A stretch of 64,000 nucleotides of DNA. Origin: an uncultured Dehalococcoidales bacterium (GTDB lineage Bacteria > Chloroflexota > Dehalococcoidia > GIF9 > UBA5629). The notes beneath the pieces were generated by a model. That model had not been told where the DNA came from, made no database searches, and saw only the letters and a program-made list of their open reading frames with translations. The translations under genes were made by a program, and so were the position numbers. The DNA is taken from assembly GCA_964549635.1 (NCBI GenBank), contig CAZJVJ010000002.1:40567-104566 (forward strand). The letters are read 5' to 3'. Positions 38,199 to 47,676 of the stretch are shown piece after piece; position 1 is the stretch's first letter, and each line of letters opens with the position of its first letter.

Positions 38199-38948
38199 TT
38201 ATAAACCTAGATAGGTCTTTCTGATAGTTTCGTCTTTAAGTAGCTCCTGGGCTGTTCCTTGAGCTATTATGTGCCCTCTGGACATAACGTAGTTTCTGCT
38301 TGACAAGTTGAAGGCGAAGCTGACGTCTTGTTCAGCCAGAAGTATAGTGACGCCCAGTTCGTGATAAATTTCCTCTATGCGTTTAAACAGGTCGTCTTTC
38401 AGTTTTGGTGCCAGTCCACTTGATGGTTCATCGACCAGCATAAACTTCGGTTTACGCATCAGTGCTCTGCCGATAGCCAGCATTTGCCGTTCACCGCCGG
38501 ATAAAGTGCCAGATATCTGATTTTCTCTTTCCTTTAATCTGGGAAACAATTCATAGACCTTGTTGAGACTGTCGTTGACTTCCTTTTTATCCTTGACTAG
38601 GAAGGCTCCGGCCAGCAAATTGTCCTTTACCGTCATTTCGGCGAATGGTCTACCTCTTTCTGGGCAGAGAAGCAGTCCTCTTTTGGCTATTTCGAAAGCT
38701 GAAAGTTTTTCAATCCTCTCTCCTTCGAACTCAATAGAACCCTCAAAAGTTATGTCTGCTTGCCTTGTCCCTTTTAATATTTCCTTCTCCCAGTTTATCA
38801 GTCCAGCTATAGCGCGAAGGAGAGTGCTTTTACCGGCGCCATTAGGACCGACAAGCCCCACCAGCTCTCCCCTCTCAACCTTGAGGTCAGCTTCATCCAG
38901 CACCATTGCCGTATCATAACAAACGGTGACATTCTTAACTTCTAGCAA
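38199..38948 (-). CDS. ABC ATPase, LivF type
   Basis: 249 aa with Walker A 'GPNGAGKST', signature 'LSGGERQ' and Walker B 'MLVDEPS'. Confidence 0.85.
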   Translation of the reverse strand: MLEVKNVTVCYDTAMVLDEADLKVERGELVGLVGPNGAGKSTLLRAIAGLINWEKEILKGTRQADITFEGSIEFEGERIEKLSAFEIAKRGLLLCPERGRPFAEMTVKDNLLAGAFLVKDKKEVNDSLNKVYELFPRLKERENQISGTLSGGERQMLAIGRALMRKPKFMLVDEPSSGLAPKLKDDLFKRIEEIYHELGVTILLAEQDVSFAFNLSSRNYVMSRGHIIAQGTAQELLKDETIRKTYLGL

Positions 38949-39711
38949 TGAGCACCTCCCTACCGGTATAGGCTTCGATTACCGCCGGGTTTTTGGCTAT
39001 TTCTTCAGGTGTGCCCTGGGCGATAACCTCACCGAAGGCAAGCACAATAACTCTATCAACAATCTTCATGAGTTCGGTTAGCTTATGTTCGATAATCAGC
39101 ATAGCTGGCCCTTCGCTGTGCAGTCTGCCGAATCTTCCACCCTTGTGTAACCTTTTCATTGATTTGGCTACGAGATCCGTTTCTGCTGGATTTAGCCCGC
39201 CGAAAGGCTCATCAAGTATAAGTAACTCCGGCTCGGTGGCAATGGCTCTGGCTACCTCCAGTCGCTTTAGGTCCCCATGGGAGAGGATTGAAGCTGGTTC
39301 AAGGGCCAAGTCAGCGATTCCGACAAACTCTAAAGCATCCCTCGCCTTCATCTCAGCTCTCTTGACCCACTCACCTCGTTTGGTTATCCTGGGACAGAGA
39401 CAGCCTACCATGACATTTGCAATGATAGGTAAATGGCGGAACGGCTTAACTACCTGAAAAGTCCCTACTACACCCTTCTGGACGATTTCCCAGGGGCGTC
39501 GTCTAGTTATGTCTTCGCCTTTGAACCTGACCTTTCCAGAATCGGGCTTTAATATACCGAGTATGCACCGTATGAGAGTGGTCTTACCAGAACCGTTTGG
39601 CCCAATGAGACCAACGATTTCATCTCGTTCTATTTTGAAGCTTACATTGTTGACAGCAACTAGCCCACCAAAGCGTTTTGTAAGGTTTTCTACTTCGAAG
39701 AATGGTACCAT
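38935..39711 (-). CDS. ABC ATPase, LivG type
   Basis: 258 aa with 'GPNGSGKTT', 'LSHGDLKRLEVARA' and 'LILDEP'. The start lies 1 nt after the upstream acyl-CoA ligase stop. Confidence 0.85.
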   Translation of the reverse strand: MVPFFEVENLTKRFGGLVAVNNVSFKIERDEIVGLIGPNGSGKTTLIRCILGILKPDSGKVRFKGEDITRRRPWEIVQKGVVGTFQVVKPFRHLPIIANVMVGCLCPRITKRGEWVKRAEMKARDALEFVGIADLALEPASILSHGDLKRLEVARAIATEPELLILDEPFGGLNPAETDLVAKSMKRLHKGGRFGRLHSEGPAMLIIEHKLTELMKIVDRVIVLAFGEVIAQGTPEEIAKNPAVIEAYTGREVLIARS

Positions 39712-39712
39712 T

Positions 39713-41428
39713 CTACATTTCCTCCTCCCTCAGCTCTCGGCGGGATACTTTGCCCACATCTGTCTTAGGCACTTCGCCTCTAAATTCAACGATTTTCGGA
39801 CATTTGTAGTGTGCCAGCCGTTCCCCACAATATTTTATAATCTCTTCCTCTGAGATTTTGCCCCGTGCTTCTGTTTCTAGCACTACGATAGCTTTGACTT
39901 TTTCGCCAACATCGGGGTCAGGCACGCCGATTACTCCAGCCTCTTTAACTTTTGGATGGGAAACCAGAACCTCCTCTACCTCGCGCGCAAACACAGCCAG
40001 CCCTTTGTATTTGATCATGTCTCGTTTTCTATCGTAGAAATAGAAATAGCCGTCCTCGTCCATTTTTGCTAAGTCACCGGTCCTAAGCCACGTTTCGCCA
40101 TCTATATCGACAAACATTTTCTTGGTCTCTTCAGGCTTATTCCAGTACCCTTTGCATACTTGTGGCCCCTTGACTACAAGTTCTCCTATTTCGCCCACAG
40201 GTAGGAAGTTAGTGCCTTCGGGATCGATAATGCCTGCTACGGTATTGGGAAGAGGAATGCCGAATGAGCCAACTTTCGGTTTACCATAGGGGCTGACCAT
40301 ACCTACTGAGCTGGTCTCAGTCATACCCCAGCCTTCGTGTATTTTAGTACCGGTGCGTTTTTCCCAGCCTTTAGCGGTGTCTTCAAGCAGTGCATCAGCA
40401 CCGGAGATGAGAACTTTGATGCGTTTCCAATTCACCCTGTCGGTGCGGTGATAGTCTCTGAGAAATTCATATAAGGACGGCACACTGTAGAAGATGGTTG
40501 CCTTGTAGCTCTCCATTGAGTTTAAGATGTCGTCAAGGTCGGGTGTAGTGAATATCACGAGTGTATAGCCTTGGGAAAGGCCACCCATCATAACCACGGC
40601 TTGACCATAGATATGATAGAAGGGAAGATAAGCTAGTATTGTTTCTTTGCCCTCCTGGACAACATCACCCCAGAACTTTTCTCCTAGATATCGAGCAGCA
40701 GTGAGATTGTAATGAGTTATCATTGCCCCCTTGGGCAGTCCTGTGGTGCCACCTGTGTAGGGCAAGGTTACTAAATCCTCTCTGATGTTGAATTTGATTT
40801 TGGGTGGATTGGGTGGATATTTTCTGAGCAAGTCCTGGAACCTGTAAAATCCCTCCCGTTCATATATCTCTACCGGTGGTGCTGCCATCTTTTGATATAC
40901 CGCCCGGAGTACGCTGCTACCGAGGAACTTCTTTGTTCCGGGTAAATACTCAGTAATGCTGGTTAGTATGACCCTATCTAGCTTGACACCTGTCCTTTCT
41001 ACATTATCATAGAGGATGTCCTGGCAAACAATAGTCTTAGCCTCACTGTCTTCAAGCTGGTACTTAATTTCAGGACTGACATAAAGTGGGCTGATGGCAG
41101 TTATGGTGGCACCAGCTTTTAAGGCTCCGAAATAAGCAATGATAAACTGCGGGGAGTTCAGTAGCAAAAGGGCAACTCTGTCACCCTTTTTTATACCTAA
41201 ATCATGTAGCGCGGTAGCAAAGCGATCAACCTGCTCCCTTAGCTCCTTGTAACTCATTTTTTTACCATAGAATATTATGGCGGTTTTATTTTTCCATTTA
41301 TCCGTGCCTTCATCGAAAGTTTGCACGACGGATTTCTCCGGAATTTCCACATCTGGTGGCACATCTTTAAGATACCATTTTAGCCAGGGTCTGGACTCAT
41401 AAATAGCTTTATTTGGATCGGTTGGCAC
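39713..41428 (-). CDS. AMP-forming (long/medium-chain) fatty-acid--CoA ligase
   Basis: 571 aa with the AMP-binding motif 'LPYTGGTTGLPKGAMITH', plus 'GWGMTE' and 'TGDLAKMDEDGYFYFYDRKRDMIKYKG'. Confidence 0.85.
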   Translation of the reverse strand: MPTDPNKAIYESRPWLKWYLKDVPPDVEIPEKSVVQTFDEGTDKWKNKTAIIFYGKKMSYKELREQVDRFATALHDLGIKKGDRVALLLLNSPQFIIAYFGALKAGATITAISPLYVSPEIKYQLEDSEAKTIVCQDILYDNVERTGVKLDRVILTSITEYLPGTKKFLGSSVLRAVYQKMAAPPVEIYEREGFYRFQDLLRKYPPNPPKIKFNIREDLVTLPYTGGTTGLPKGAMITHYNLTAARYLGEKFWGDVVQEGKETILAYLPFYHIYGQAVVMMGGLSQGYTLVIFTTPDLDDILNSMESYKATIFYSVPSLYEFLRDYHRTDRVNWKRIKVLISGADALLEDTAKGWEKRTGTKIHEGWGMTETSSVGMVSPYGKPKVGSFGIPLPNTVAGIIDPEGTNFLPVGEIGELVVKGPQVCKGYWNKPEETKKMFVDIDGETWLRTGDLAKMDEDGYFYFYDRKRDMIKYKGLAVFAREVEEVLVSHPKVKEAGVIGVPDPDVGEKVKAIVVLETEARGKISEEEIIKYCGERLAHYKCPKIVEFRGEVPKTDVGKVSRRELREEEM

Positions 41429-41488
41429 CTTTTGCCTCCTTCATTTTGCTACAAGCACTATAACATAACTTGTCGGGCTTTGACAAAC

Positions 41489-41526
41489 ACTCACAAGTTT
41501 GCAAATAAGTGGTTTCACATGTGAGT
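41489..41526. promoter_or_regulatory. inverted repeat ACTCACA-N24-TGTGAGT (includes the palindrome CACATGTG) in the divergent control region
   Basis: Arms at 41489-41495 and 41520-41526. Flanked by -10-like boxes TATAAT (+, 41541-41546) and TATAGT (-, 41462-41457). Confidence 0.3.
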
Positions 41527-41592
41527 ATTGACAGATGTAGTATAATTATCTAAATCATCTTTGCGGAACGTTTTATAGAGTTAAGGAGCTTT

Positions 41593-42366
41593 TTGGGGGC
41601 ACGAGATCAGATCAAATTAAGAGTTGAAGACCTCGGTTTATATTTCGGAAAGCTCCGTGCTTTGGACGGGGTTAGTTTGGAGGTCAGGGGGACAGAAATA
41701 CTGGCTGTTATAGGGCCGAATGGTGCTGGAAAGAGCTGCCTCCTCAACTGCATAAATGGCTTCTATCGTCCCCAGCAGGGAAATATCTATTTCGAGGGCA
41801 GGAATATTACCCGGATGCCTCCTCACAAGATTGCCGAGATGGGCCTGGCTCGGACCTTCCAGAACATCGAGCTCTATACTGGACTTACTGTTCTAGACAA
41901 TATTATGGCAGCCAGGCATGTTAAAATGAAGCAAGGAGCACTGGCTTGTGCCTTCTATTTTGGTCCGGCCTATCGAGAGGAGATAGAGCACCGAAAGGTG
42001 GTTGAGGACATAATAGACTTTCTGGAACTGGAACCGATTAGGAAGAAGGTGGTGGGTCTTCTTCCCTATGGAATGCGGAAGCGAGTGGAATTAGCTAGAG
42101 CACTGGCTTTAGAACCGAAGCTCCTTTTACTTGATGAGCCTATGGCGGGTATGAACATAGATGAGAAGGAGGACATGGCTCGTTTCATTATTGATACTAT
42201 AGAACTACGTCGTATACCTATTGTCCTTATTGAACATGATATGGAAGTGGTGATGGATATTGCTGATAGGGTAGTTGTCCTTGATTTTGGACATAAAATC
42301 GCTGAGGGTACACCTGATGAGATAAAGGTCAACCCTGCAGTCATTAAGGCATATCTGGGTGAATAG
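41593..42366 (+). CDS. ABC ATPase, LivG type (second system)
   Basis: 257 aa with 'GPNGAGKSC', 'LPYGMRKRVELARA' and 'LLLDEP'. TTG start after AAGGAG. Confidence 0.85.
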   Translation: MGARDQIKLRVEDLGLYFGKLRALDGVSLEVRGTEILAVIGPNGAGKSCLLNCINGFYRPQQGNIYFEGRNITRMPPHKIAEMGLARTFQNIELYTGLTVLDNIMAARHVKMKQGALACAFYFGPAYREEIEHRKVVEDIIDFLELEPIRKKVVGLLPYGMRKRVELARALALEPKLLLLDEPMAGMNIDEKEDMARFIIDTIELRRIPIVLIEHDMEVVMDIADRVVVLDFGHKIAEGTPDEIKVNPAVIKAYLGE

Positions 42367-42376
42367 GAGGCCGTAG

Positions 42377-44344
42377 ATGGAGGAAATTCCCTTTTTTGAC
42401 ACTGCGGCAAAATACCTGAAATACAATTACGAAAAATGGGGCGATAAAAAAGTAGCGCTGCGGGTTAAGGACCGGGGTATCTGGCAGTCATACACCTGGA
42501 AGGACTACTACGAAAAGGTTAAGTATTTCTCGCTTGGCCTGATCAGCCTCGGCCTGGAGAGAGGGGATAAGGTTGCCATACTGGGTGAAAACAAACCCGA
42601 ATGGTTCATCGCTGAGGTCGGCGCTGGTGCTGCGGGGGCTACTGTGACCGGCATATTTGTGGACTGTCTACCGATTGAAGTCAAGTACTATGTTGAGAAT
42701 TCAGAGTCTAAGTTTGTCATAGCTCATGACCAGGAGCAGGTAGACAAGTTCTTACTCCCATATAAAGATAGGGAAGGTAATGAGCACCCACCTCTTAAGG
42801 ACGAGCTACCGCTATTAAAGAAAATTATTTTCTGGGATCCGAAGGGGATATTGGGTTATGAAGGGACTCCTATAGGTGCGTACGCCGACCCGATTTTAAT
42901 GGGCTTCGACCAGGTTATGGAGCTGGGCAAGGAGTACGAGAAATCCCACCCTGGCTTGTTTGAGGAAAACATCGAGAAGACGAGCGGTGACGACATAGGC
43001 CTTTTCATGTATACATCTGGCACCACTGGTCTACCCAAGGCTGCTATGCTCCGAAACAGGGTGTCACAGCTGACCAACAGGGCATGGTGTTCTGTGGACA
43101 AGTGGAGTCCTAATGAGCAATATGTCTCCTTCTTACCGCCAGCCTGGGTTACAGAGCAAGCCCTTGGCGTAGGTGCCAATTTGCTAACGGGCATGGAGGT
43201 GAACTTTCCTGAAGAGCCGGAGACGGTACTGGAAAACATAAGGGAGATCGGCCCTAGTATTCTCTTCTGGGGGCCGGCTAATTGGGAGAGTATAAGTCGG
43301 ATAATTCAGGCGAAGATCATTGACACTAGTCCGTTAAGAAGATTTCTATACCATCTTTTCTTGCCGGTTGGCTATAAAGTAGGTGACCTGAGGGTGGCTG
43401 AGAAAAAAGTTAACTGGTTCTGGCGAACGCTATATGCAATTGCAGAATTAATCATGTTCCGGCAGCTCAAGGACAAGGTCGGTCTGTCAAAGGTGAGGGT
43501 TGCCTACAGCGCTGGGTCGGCGATAAGCCCTGAAATCTTCCGCTATTTCCAGGCCCTTGGTGTGAAGCTCAAGCAACTATACGGCAGCACGGAAATGGGG
43601 CTGGTTACCATACATCCCGATAATGATATCAGGCCGGAAACTTGCGGGCCACTTATGCCTGGATATGAATGCCGGTTGTCTGAAGACGGCGAGATCTTGG
43701 TGCGGAGTGAGATGCTCTTTGCTGGTTATTACAAGAAGCCTGAAGCTACAAAGGAAAAGTATATAGGAGACTGGTATCGCAGCGGTGATTTTGGCTATAT
43801 CGAAGAACATGGGCATCTTATCTGCATTGACAGAATGGACCATTTGAGGGAATTGAAGGGCGGTCAAAAGTTTTCGCCACAATTTGCTGAAATCAGACTG
43901 AGGTTCAGTCCTTTTATCAAGGGTGCTTTGATCGTAGGAGGCGAGGACAAGGATTTTGTCACTGCCATAATAAATATCGACCTCGATAATGTAGGTAGGT
44001 GGGCAGAGCAAAGACGTATAGCATACACCACCTTCACTGATTTGTCCCAGAAGCCTGAAGTCATTGACCTGATAAAGAAAGAAATACAGAGGGTTAACAG
44101 GGTACTTCCAGAATGGACAAGGATAAAAAGGTTTGTCAATTTGCACAAGGAATTTGATGCTGATGATGCAGAGCTGACGAGGACCAGAAAACTACGGCGA
44201 GATTTTATCGAAGAGCGATATGGATATTTGATAGATGCGCTCTACGGTGATAAAGATGAACTTAAGGTTGAAGCGCCGATTACATACCGAGATGGTCGAA
44301 CAGGGACGATAACAACGACGGTGAAGGTTTGCACGGTTGCGTAG
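42377..44344 (+). CDS. AMP-forming long-chain acyl-CoA synthetase embedded in the ABC importer operon
   Basis: 655 aa with 'MYTSGTTGLPKAAML', 'YGSTEMG' and 'SGDFGYIEEHGHLICIDRMDHLRELKGGQKF'. Lies between the livG-type and livH-type genes. Confidence 0.85.
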   Translation: MEEIPFFDTAAKYLKYNYEKWGDKKVALRVKDRGIWQSYTWKDYYEKVKYFSLGLISLGLERGDKVAILGENKPEWFIAEVGAGAAGATVTGIFVDCLPIEVKYYVENSESKFVIAHDQEQVDKFLLPYKDREGNEHPPLKDELPLLKKIIFWDPKGILGYEGTPIGAYADPILMGFDQVMELGKEYEKSHPGLFEENIEKTSGDDIGLFMYTSGTTGLPKAAMLRNRVSQLTNRAWCSVDKWSPNEQYVSFLPPAWVTEQALGVGANLLTGMEVNFPEEPETVLENIREIGPSILFWGPANWESISRIIQAKIIDTSPLRRFLYHLFLPVGYKVGDLRVAEKKVNWFWRTLYAIAELIMFRQLKDKVGLSKVRVAYSAGSAISPEIFRYFQALGVKLKQLYGSTEMGLVTIHPDNDIRPETCGPLMPGYECRLSEDGEILVRSEMLFAGYYKKPEATKEKYIGDWYRSGDFGYIEEHGHLICIDRMDHLRELKGGQKFSPQFAEIRLRFSPFIKGALIVGGEDKDFVTAIINIDLDNVGRWAEQRRIAYTTFTDLSQKPEVIDLIKKEIQRVNRVLPEWTRIKRFVNLHKEFDADDAELTRTRKLRRDFIEERYGYLIDALYGDKDELKVEAPITYRDGRTGTITTTVKVCTVA

Positions 44345-44370
44345 AGCAAAGCTGAGTTGAAGGAGGCGAA

Positions 44371-45255
44371 GTGCAGTTTTTCCTGGATCTGAGTGTTAAC
44401 GGGTTGATTATAGGGGGGCTTTACGCCCTGGTGGCACTGGCTATAGTTCTTGTGTGCAAAGCCACGGAAGTGGTAAGCCTAGCCCACGGTCAATTGCTTG
44501 CCTTCGGTGCTCTGTTTTTCTATGTTGGCTATGTATTGCTTGGGCTACCTCTCTGGACAAGCTGGGTCCTGGCTATAGCAATGGGTGCCTTGCTGGGTTT
44601 CACGGTGGAGCGTGTCTGCCTGCGGCCATTGATCGGGCAGCCCTTATTTTCAGGCTTCCTCATGACCTTTGCTGTATTTATGGTGCTTGACGGCATTTTT
44701 GCGCTCATCTTGAAGGGTGAAGCCTGGGGATTTCCTGATTTTTTGCCCAAGGGTGAAATCAACATTGTAGGTGTCAATGTACATCTAGGCGGCCTATACA
44801 GTCTGGGTATCAGTATCTTAATCTTCCTGTTGACGACGGCTTTCTTCCGTTACACCAAAATTGGCTTGGGAATGAGGGCTACAGCAGAGTCGCACCAGCT
44901 AGCCCAGAGCGTGGGGATAAATGTCAGGACGATATTCTCGCTTGTCTGGATTCTGTCAGCGGTGGTGGCTGTGGTGGCAGGTGTTATGCTGGCAAGGTAC
45001 TACGACATCCGTTTTATGTTGACGCTTGTTGCCTTCAAAGGTCTGGTGGTGGCTATGGTCGGGGGCCTTGACTCGTTGCTTGGCGCTATTGTCGGCGGTC
45101 TGTTTCTGGGCTGGGTAGAGCATGTGGCTGCCGGCTATCTTGACCCGATTGTCGGTGGCGGCGTCATGGAGGTGGCTGGATACATTATACTCCTGTTCGT
45201 TTTGCTGGTGAGGCCATACGGGTTCTTTGGCTTAGAAAGAATAGAGAGGATATGA
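44371..45255 (+). CDS. ABC importer permease, LivH type (second system)
   Basis: 294-aa polytopic protein with 'GINVRTIFSLVWILSAVVAVVAG'. GTG start after GGAGG. Confidence 0.8.
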   Translation: MQFFLDLSVNGLIIGGLYALVALAIVLVCKATEVVSLAHGQLLAFGALFFYVGYVLLGLPLWTSWVLAIAMGALLGFTVERVCLRPLIGQPLFSGFLMTFAVFMVLDGIFALILKGEAWGFPDFLPKGEINIVGVNVHLGGLYSLGISILIFLLTTAFFRYTKIGLGMRATAESHQLAQSVGINVRTIFSLVWILSAVVAVVAGVMLARYYDIRFMLTLVAFKGLVVAMVGGLDSLLGAIVGGLFLGWVEHVAAGYLDPIVGGGVMEVAGYIILLFVLLVRPYGFFGLERIERI

Positions 45256-45256
45256 A

Positions 45257-46303
45257 ATGCTTCCCTGCGGTACTTTCAACCAGGATTATGGCAGAGATAC
45301 AGCGGTTATACGGACAAGGTTGCAGTGGATCATAACCATACTTGCCATTGTGGCGCTGTTAACTGTACCGCTTTATGGTGGCCATTACTTAATTGGTCTA
45401 ATAAACAAGATGTCAATTACCATAATTGCTGTGCTGGGATTGCAGTTGACGATGGGTTATTGTGGGCTCATCTCATTTGGTCAGGTGGCGTTTGTAGCTA
45501 TAGGTGCATTCACCTCGGCTATTCTCTGTGACACCTATAACTGGCCATTCTGGCTGGCGTTACCGGTTTGTGGCATTTTTGCAGGGGTAATTGGGGTACT
45601 CGGTGGCACTCCGGCCCTAAGGATTAAAGGATTCTATCTTGCTATCGCCACTTTAGCGATCCACTACCTCGTATCATGGCTGATAATACACCTGAAAATC
45701 ACCGGCGGTGTTATTGGTTTACATGTGCCACCCCCCACGGCGTTTGGTTTTACCTTCGATGATGATGGGAAGATGTATTATATAATCGTACCCATGATGC
45801 TGCTGATGACCTATTTTGCCAAGAACCTGGCTAGGTCAAGGATAGGCAGAGCCTTTGTGGCCATAAGAGACAATGACCTAGCAGCCTCGGTAATGGGGGT
45901 GAGCCTGTTTAGGTACAAAATGCTTGCCTTTTTCATCGGCTGTTTCTACGCAGGTATTGCTGGCTCACTGTTTGCTCACTGGATGCAGTTTGTTCACGTA
46001 GAACAGTTCCCGCTATCTGACGCCGTTTTTTACATAGGTATGCTCATCGTCGGTGGTCTGGGAACCATAGTCGGCGTTTTCTTCGGTACCATTTTTATAA
46101 GCCTGCTTATTGAGGCAGTCACGTTTGCTTCGCCGACTTTAACCGCATTGTTCCCGGCGCTTGGTATTGCCCCAGCAGCGGCGCTTGGGGTTACTGCCTT
46201 CGGGGTCATAATTGTTCTTTTCTTAATCTATGAGCCCAGAGGGCTAGCTCACCGGTGGAGTATTTTTAAGGCTTCTTACAGGCTCTTCCCGTTTGCGTAT
46301 TAA
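45257..46303 (+). CDS. ABC importer permease, LivM type (second system)
   Basis: 348 aa with 'GYCGLISFGQVAFVAIGAF'. No zinc-ribbon tail. Confidence 0.8.
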   Translation: MLPCGTFNQDYGRDTAVIRTRLQWIITILAIVALLTVPLYGGHYLIGLINKMSITIIAVLGLQLTMGYCGLISFGQVAFVAIGAFTSAILCDTYNWPFWLALPVCGIFAGVIGVLGGTPALRIKGFYLAIATLAIHYLVSWLIIHLKITGGVIGLHVPPPTAFGFTFDDDGKMYYIIVPMMLLMTYFAKNLARSRIGRAFVAIRDNDLAASVMGVSLFRYKMLAFFIGCFYAGIAGSLFAHWMQFVHVEQFPLSDAVFYIGMLIVGGLGTIVGVFFGTIFISLLIEAVTFASPTLTALFPALGIAPAAALGVTAFGVIIVLFLIYEPRGLAHRWSIFKASYRLFPFAY

Positions 46304-46330
46304 GACGGGGGTGAAAAAATAAAGGGAGGT

Positions 46331-47593
46331 TTGGAAATGGGAAAACAAAAGTCTCTGGTGGGCGTTATTTTTCTCGCAACAATGTTAGCTTTGGCATTAG
46401 CCTGCGCTCCTGGAGCTGCGCCAGCGCCGAAGGAGAAAGTGGTCACCTATCTGGATTTGGCAGATTATACTGGACCGATAGCCGGACTTAATGTACCTGT
46501 GGGTATAGCTACTGAAGACATGTACAACGAGATAAATGCCAAGGGTGGTGTTATGGGGGTTAAGATAAATTACCTGAGCGTGGACACCCGCTATGATTTA
46601 GCACGAGGAGTATCAGCCTACAAAAGGTATAGAACTGAGCCGAAGCTGATGGCGGTGGTTGCCATAAGCACAGCGCTGAGCAAAGCTATAACTCCCATGA
46701 CCGAAAAAGACGAGGTGGTCCAGTTCGTGACAGGCGATGGTGAGCCACAGGCCCGCCTGGGCTGGGTATTCATCATAGGTCCGGCTTATCAGAACGGCTT
46801 CGGCGCTAGTGTTGATTTCCTGCTGGAGGACTGGAAAAGGAAGGGTAATCCAGGTATGCCTACCATCGGTTACATAAACTGGGACAACCCCTACGGTCGG
46901 GAGTTGCTGCGTGGTGGTAAGGAATATGTTGAGAAACTGGGAGTGAAATTGCTGCCGCCGGAGTTTTTCCCAACTGGTGCTCCAGACCACACTGTGTGGT
47001 TGAAGAGACTGGCTGAAGGCAATCCTGATTACATACTTATTGCTGGTGTTGACCCGACACCGAGCAATATATTGCGGGATGCATACAAGCTGGGGCTTAC
47101 TAAAAAGATACAGTTTATTGACGCATCTTACTGGGGGCCCACCGAGGCAGTTGGCATCAAGCTGCACCCTGAGGCTACAGAAGGTTGCTGGGTTAATTCT
47201 TATTATCTTCGTGGTGATGAAGCCTGGGCACATCCACTGGCTGCCTCCATGGTGACTAAGTATCATGGCAAGAGTGTGGCGGAATTTCGTAAAACGACGG
47301 CCACAATATATGTTTCCGGGTTGACTCGACCGCTCGTTTTTGCCAAAGCCTTGGAGATAGCCCTTGGCAAAGCTGGTGGCTACGAAAAACTGGATGGCAA
47401 AGCTATGAAAGCCGGTTTTGAAGCTCTCACTGGTATGGACTTGTCACAAGGTCTGACAGGGCCAATTGCTTACAGTCCTACCAGCCGCCAGAATGTCGAG
47501 GAGGTAAAGTTTTATCAGGTTAAGGGCGGTACAGAAATACCTATAAGTGGCTGGAGAAAGGTGCCCGACTGCGTGTCGCTTCATTATAAATAA
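46331..47593 (+). CDS. lipoprotein solute-binding protein, type-1 PBP fold (paralogue 1)
   Basis: Lipobox 'LALAC' followed by an Ala/Pro tether. 'VDTRYDLARGVSAYKRYR'. About 70% identical by eye to the next gene. The start could be ATG 46337. Confidence 0.75.
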   Translation: MEMGKQKSLVGVIFLATMLALALACAPGAAPAPKEKVVTYLDLADYTGPIAGLNVPVGIATEDMYNEINAKGGVMGVKINYLSVDTRYDLARGVSAYKRYRTEPKLMAVVAISTALSKAITPMTEKDEVVQFVTGDGEPQARLGWVFIIGPAYQNGFGASVDFLLEDWKRKGNPGMPTIGYINWDNPYGRELLRGGKEYVEKLGVKLLPPEFFPTGAPDHTVWLKRLAEGNPDYILIAGVDPTPSNILRDAYKLGLTKKIQFIDASYWGPTEAVGIKLHPEATEGCWVNSYYLRGDEAWAHPLAASMVTKYHGKSVAEFRKTTATIYVSGLTRPLVFAKALEIALGKAGGYEKLDGKAMKAGFEALTGMDLSQGLTGPIAYSPTSRQNVEEVKFYQVKGGTEIPISGWRKVPDCVSLHYK

Positions 47594-47676
47594 ATGAGAG
47601 GGGGTGGTAATAGGCATTGTTTGATAGGAGACATGAAAGCAAGAGAATTGAATCAAGGAGGTGAAAGGTCGAAAAT

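Noticed and set aside
47594-47676. Tiny ORFs (10 and 14 codons) between the two SBP genes
   Set aside because: They are very short and lack convincing SDs. The AAGGAGGTGA there is correctly placed to serve the SBP-2 start.
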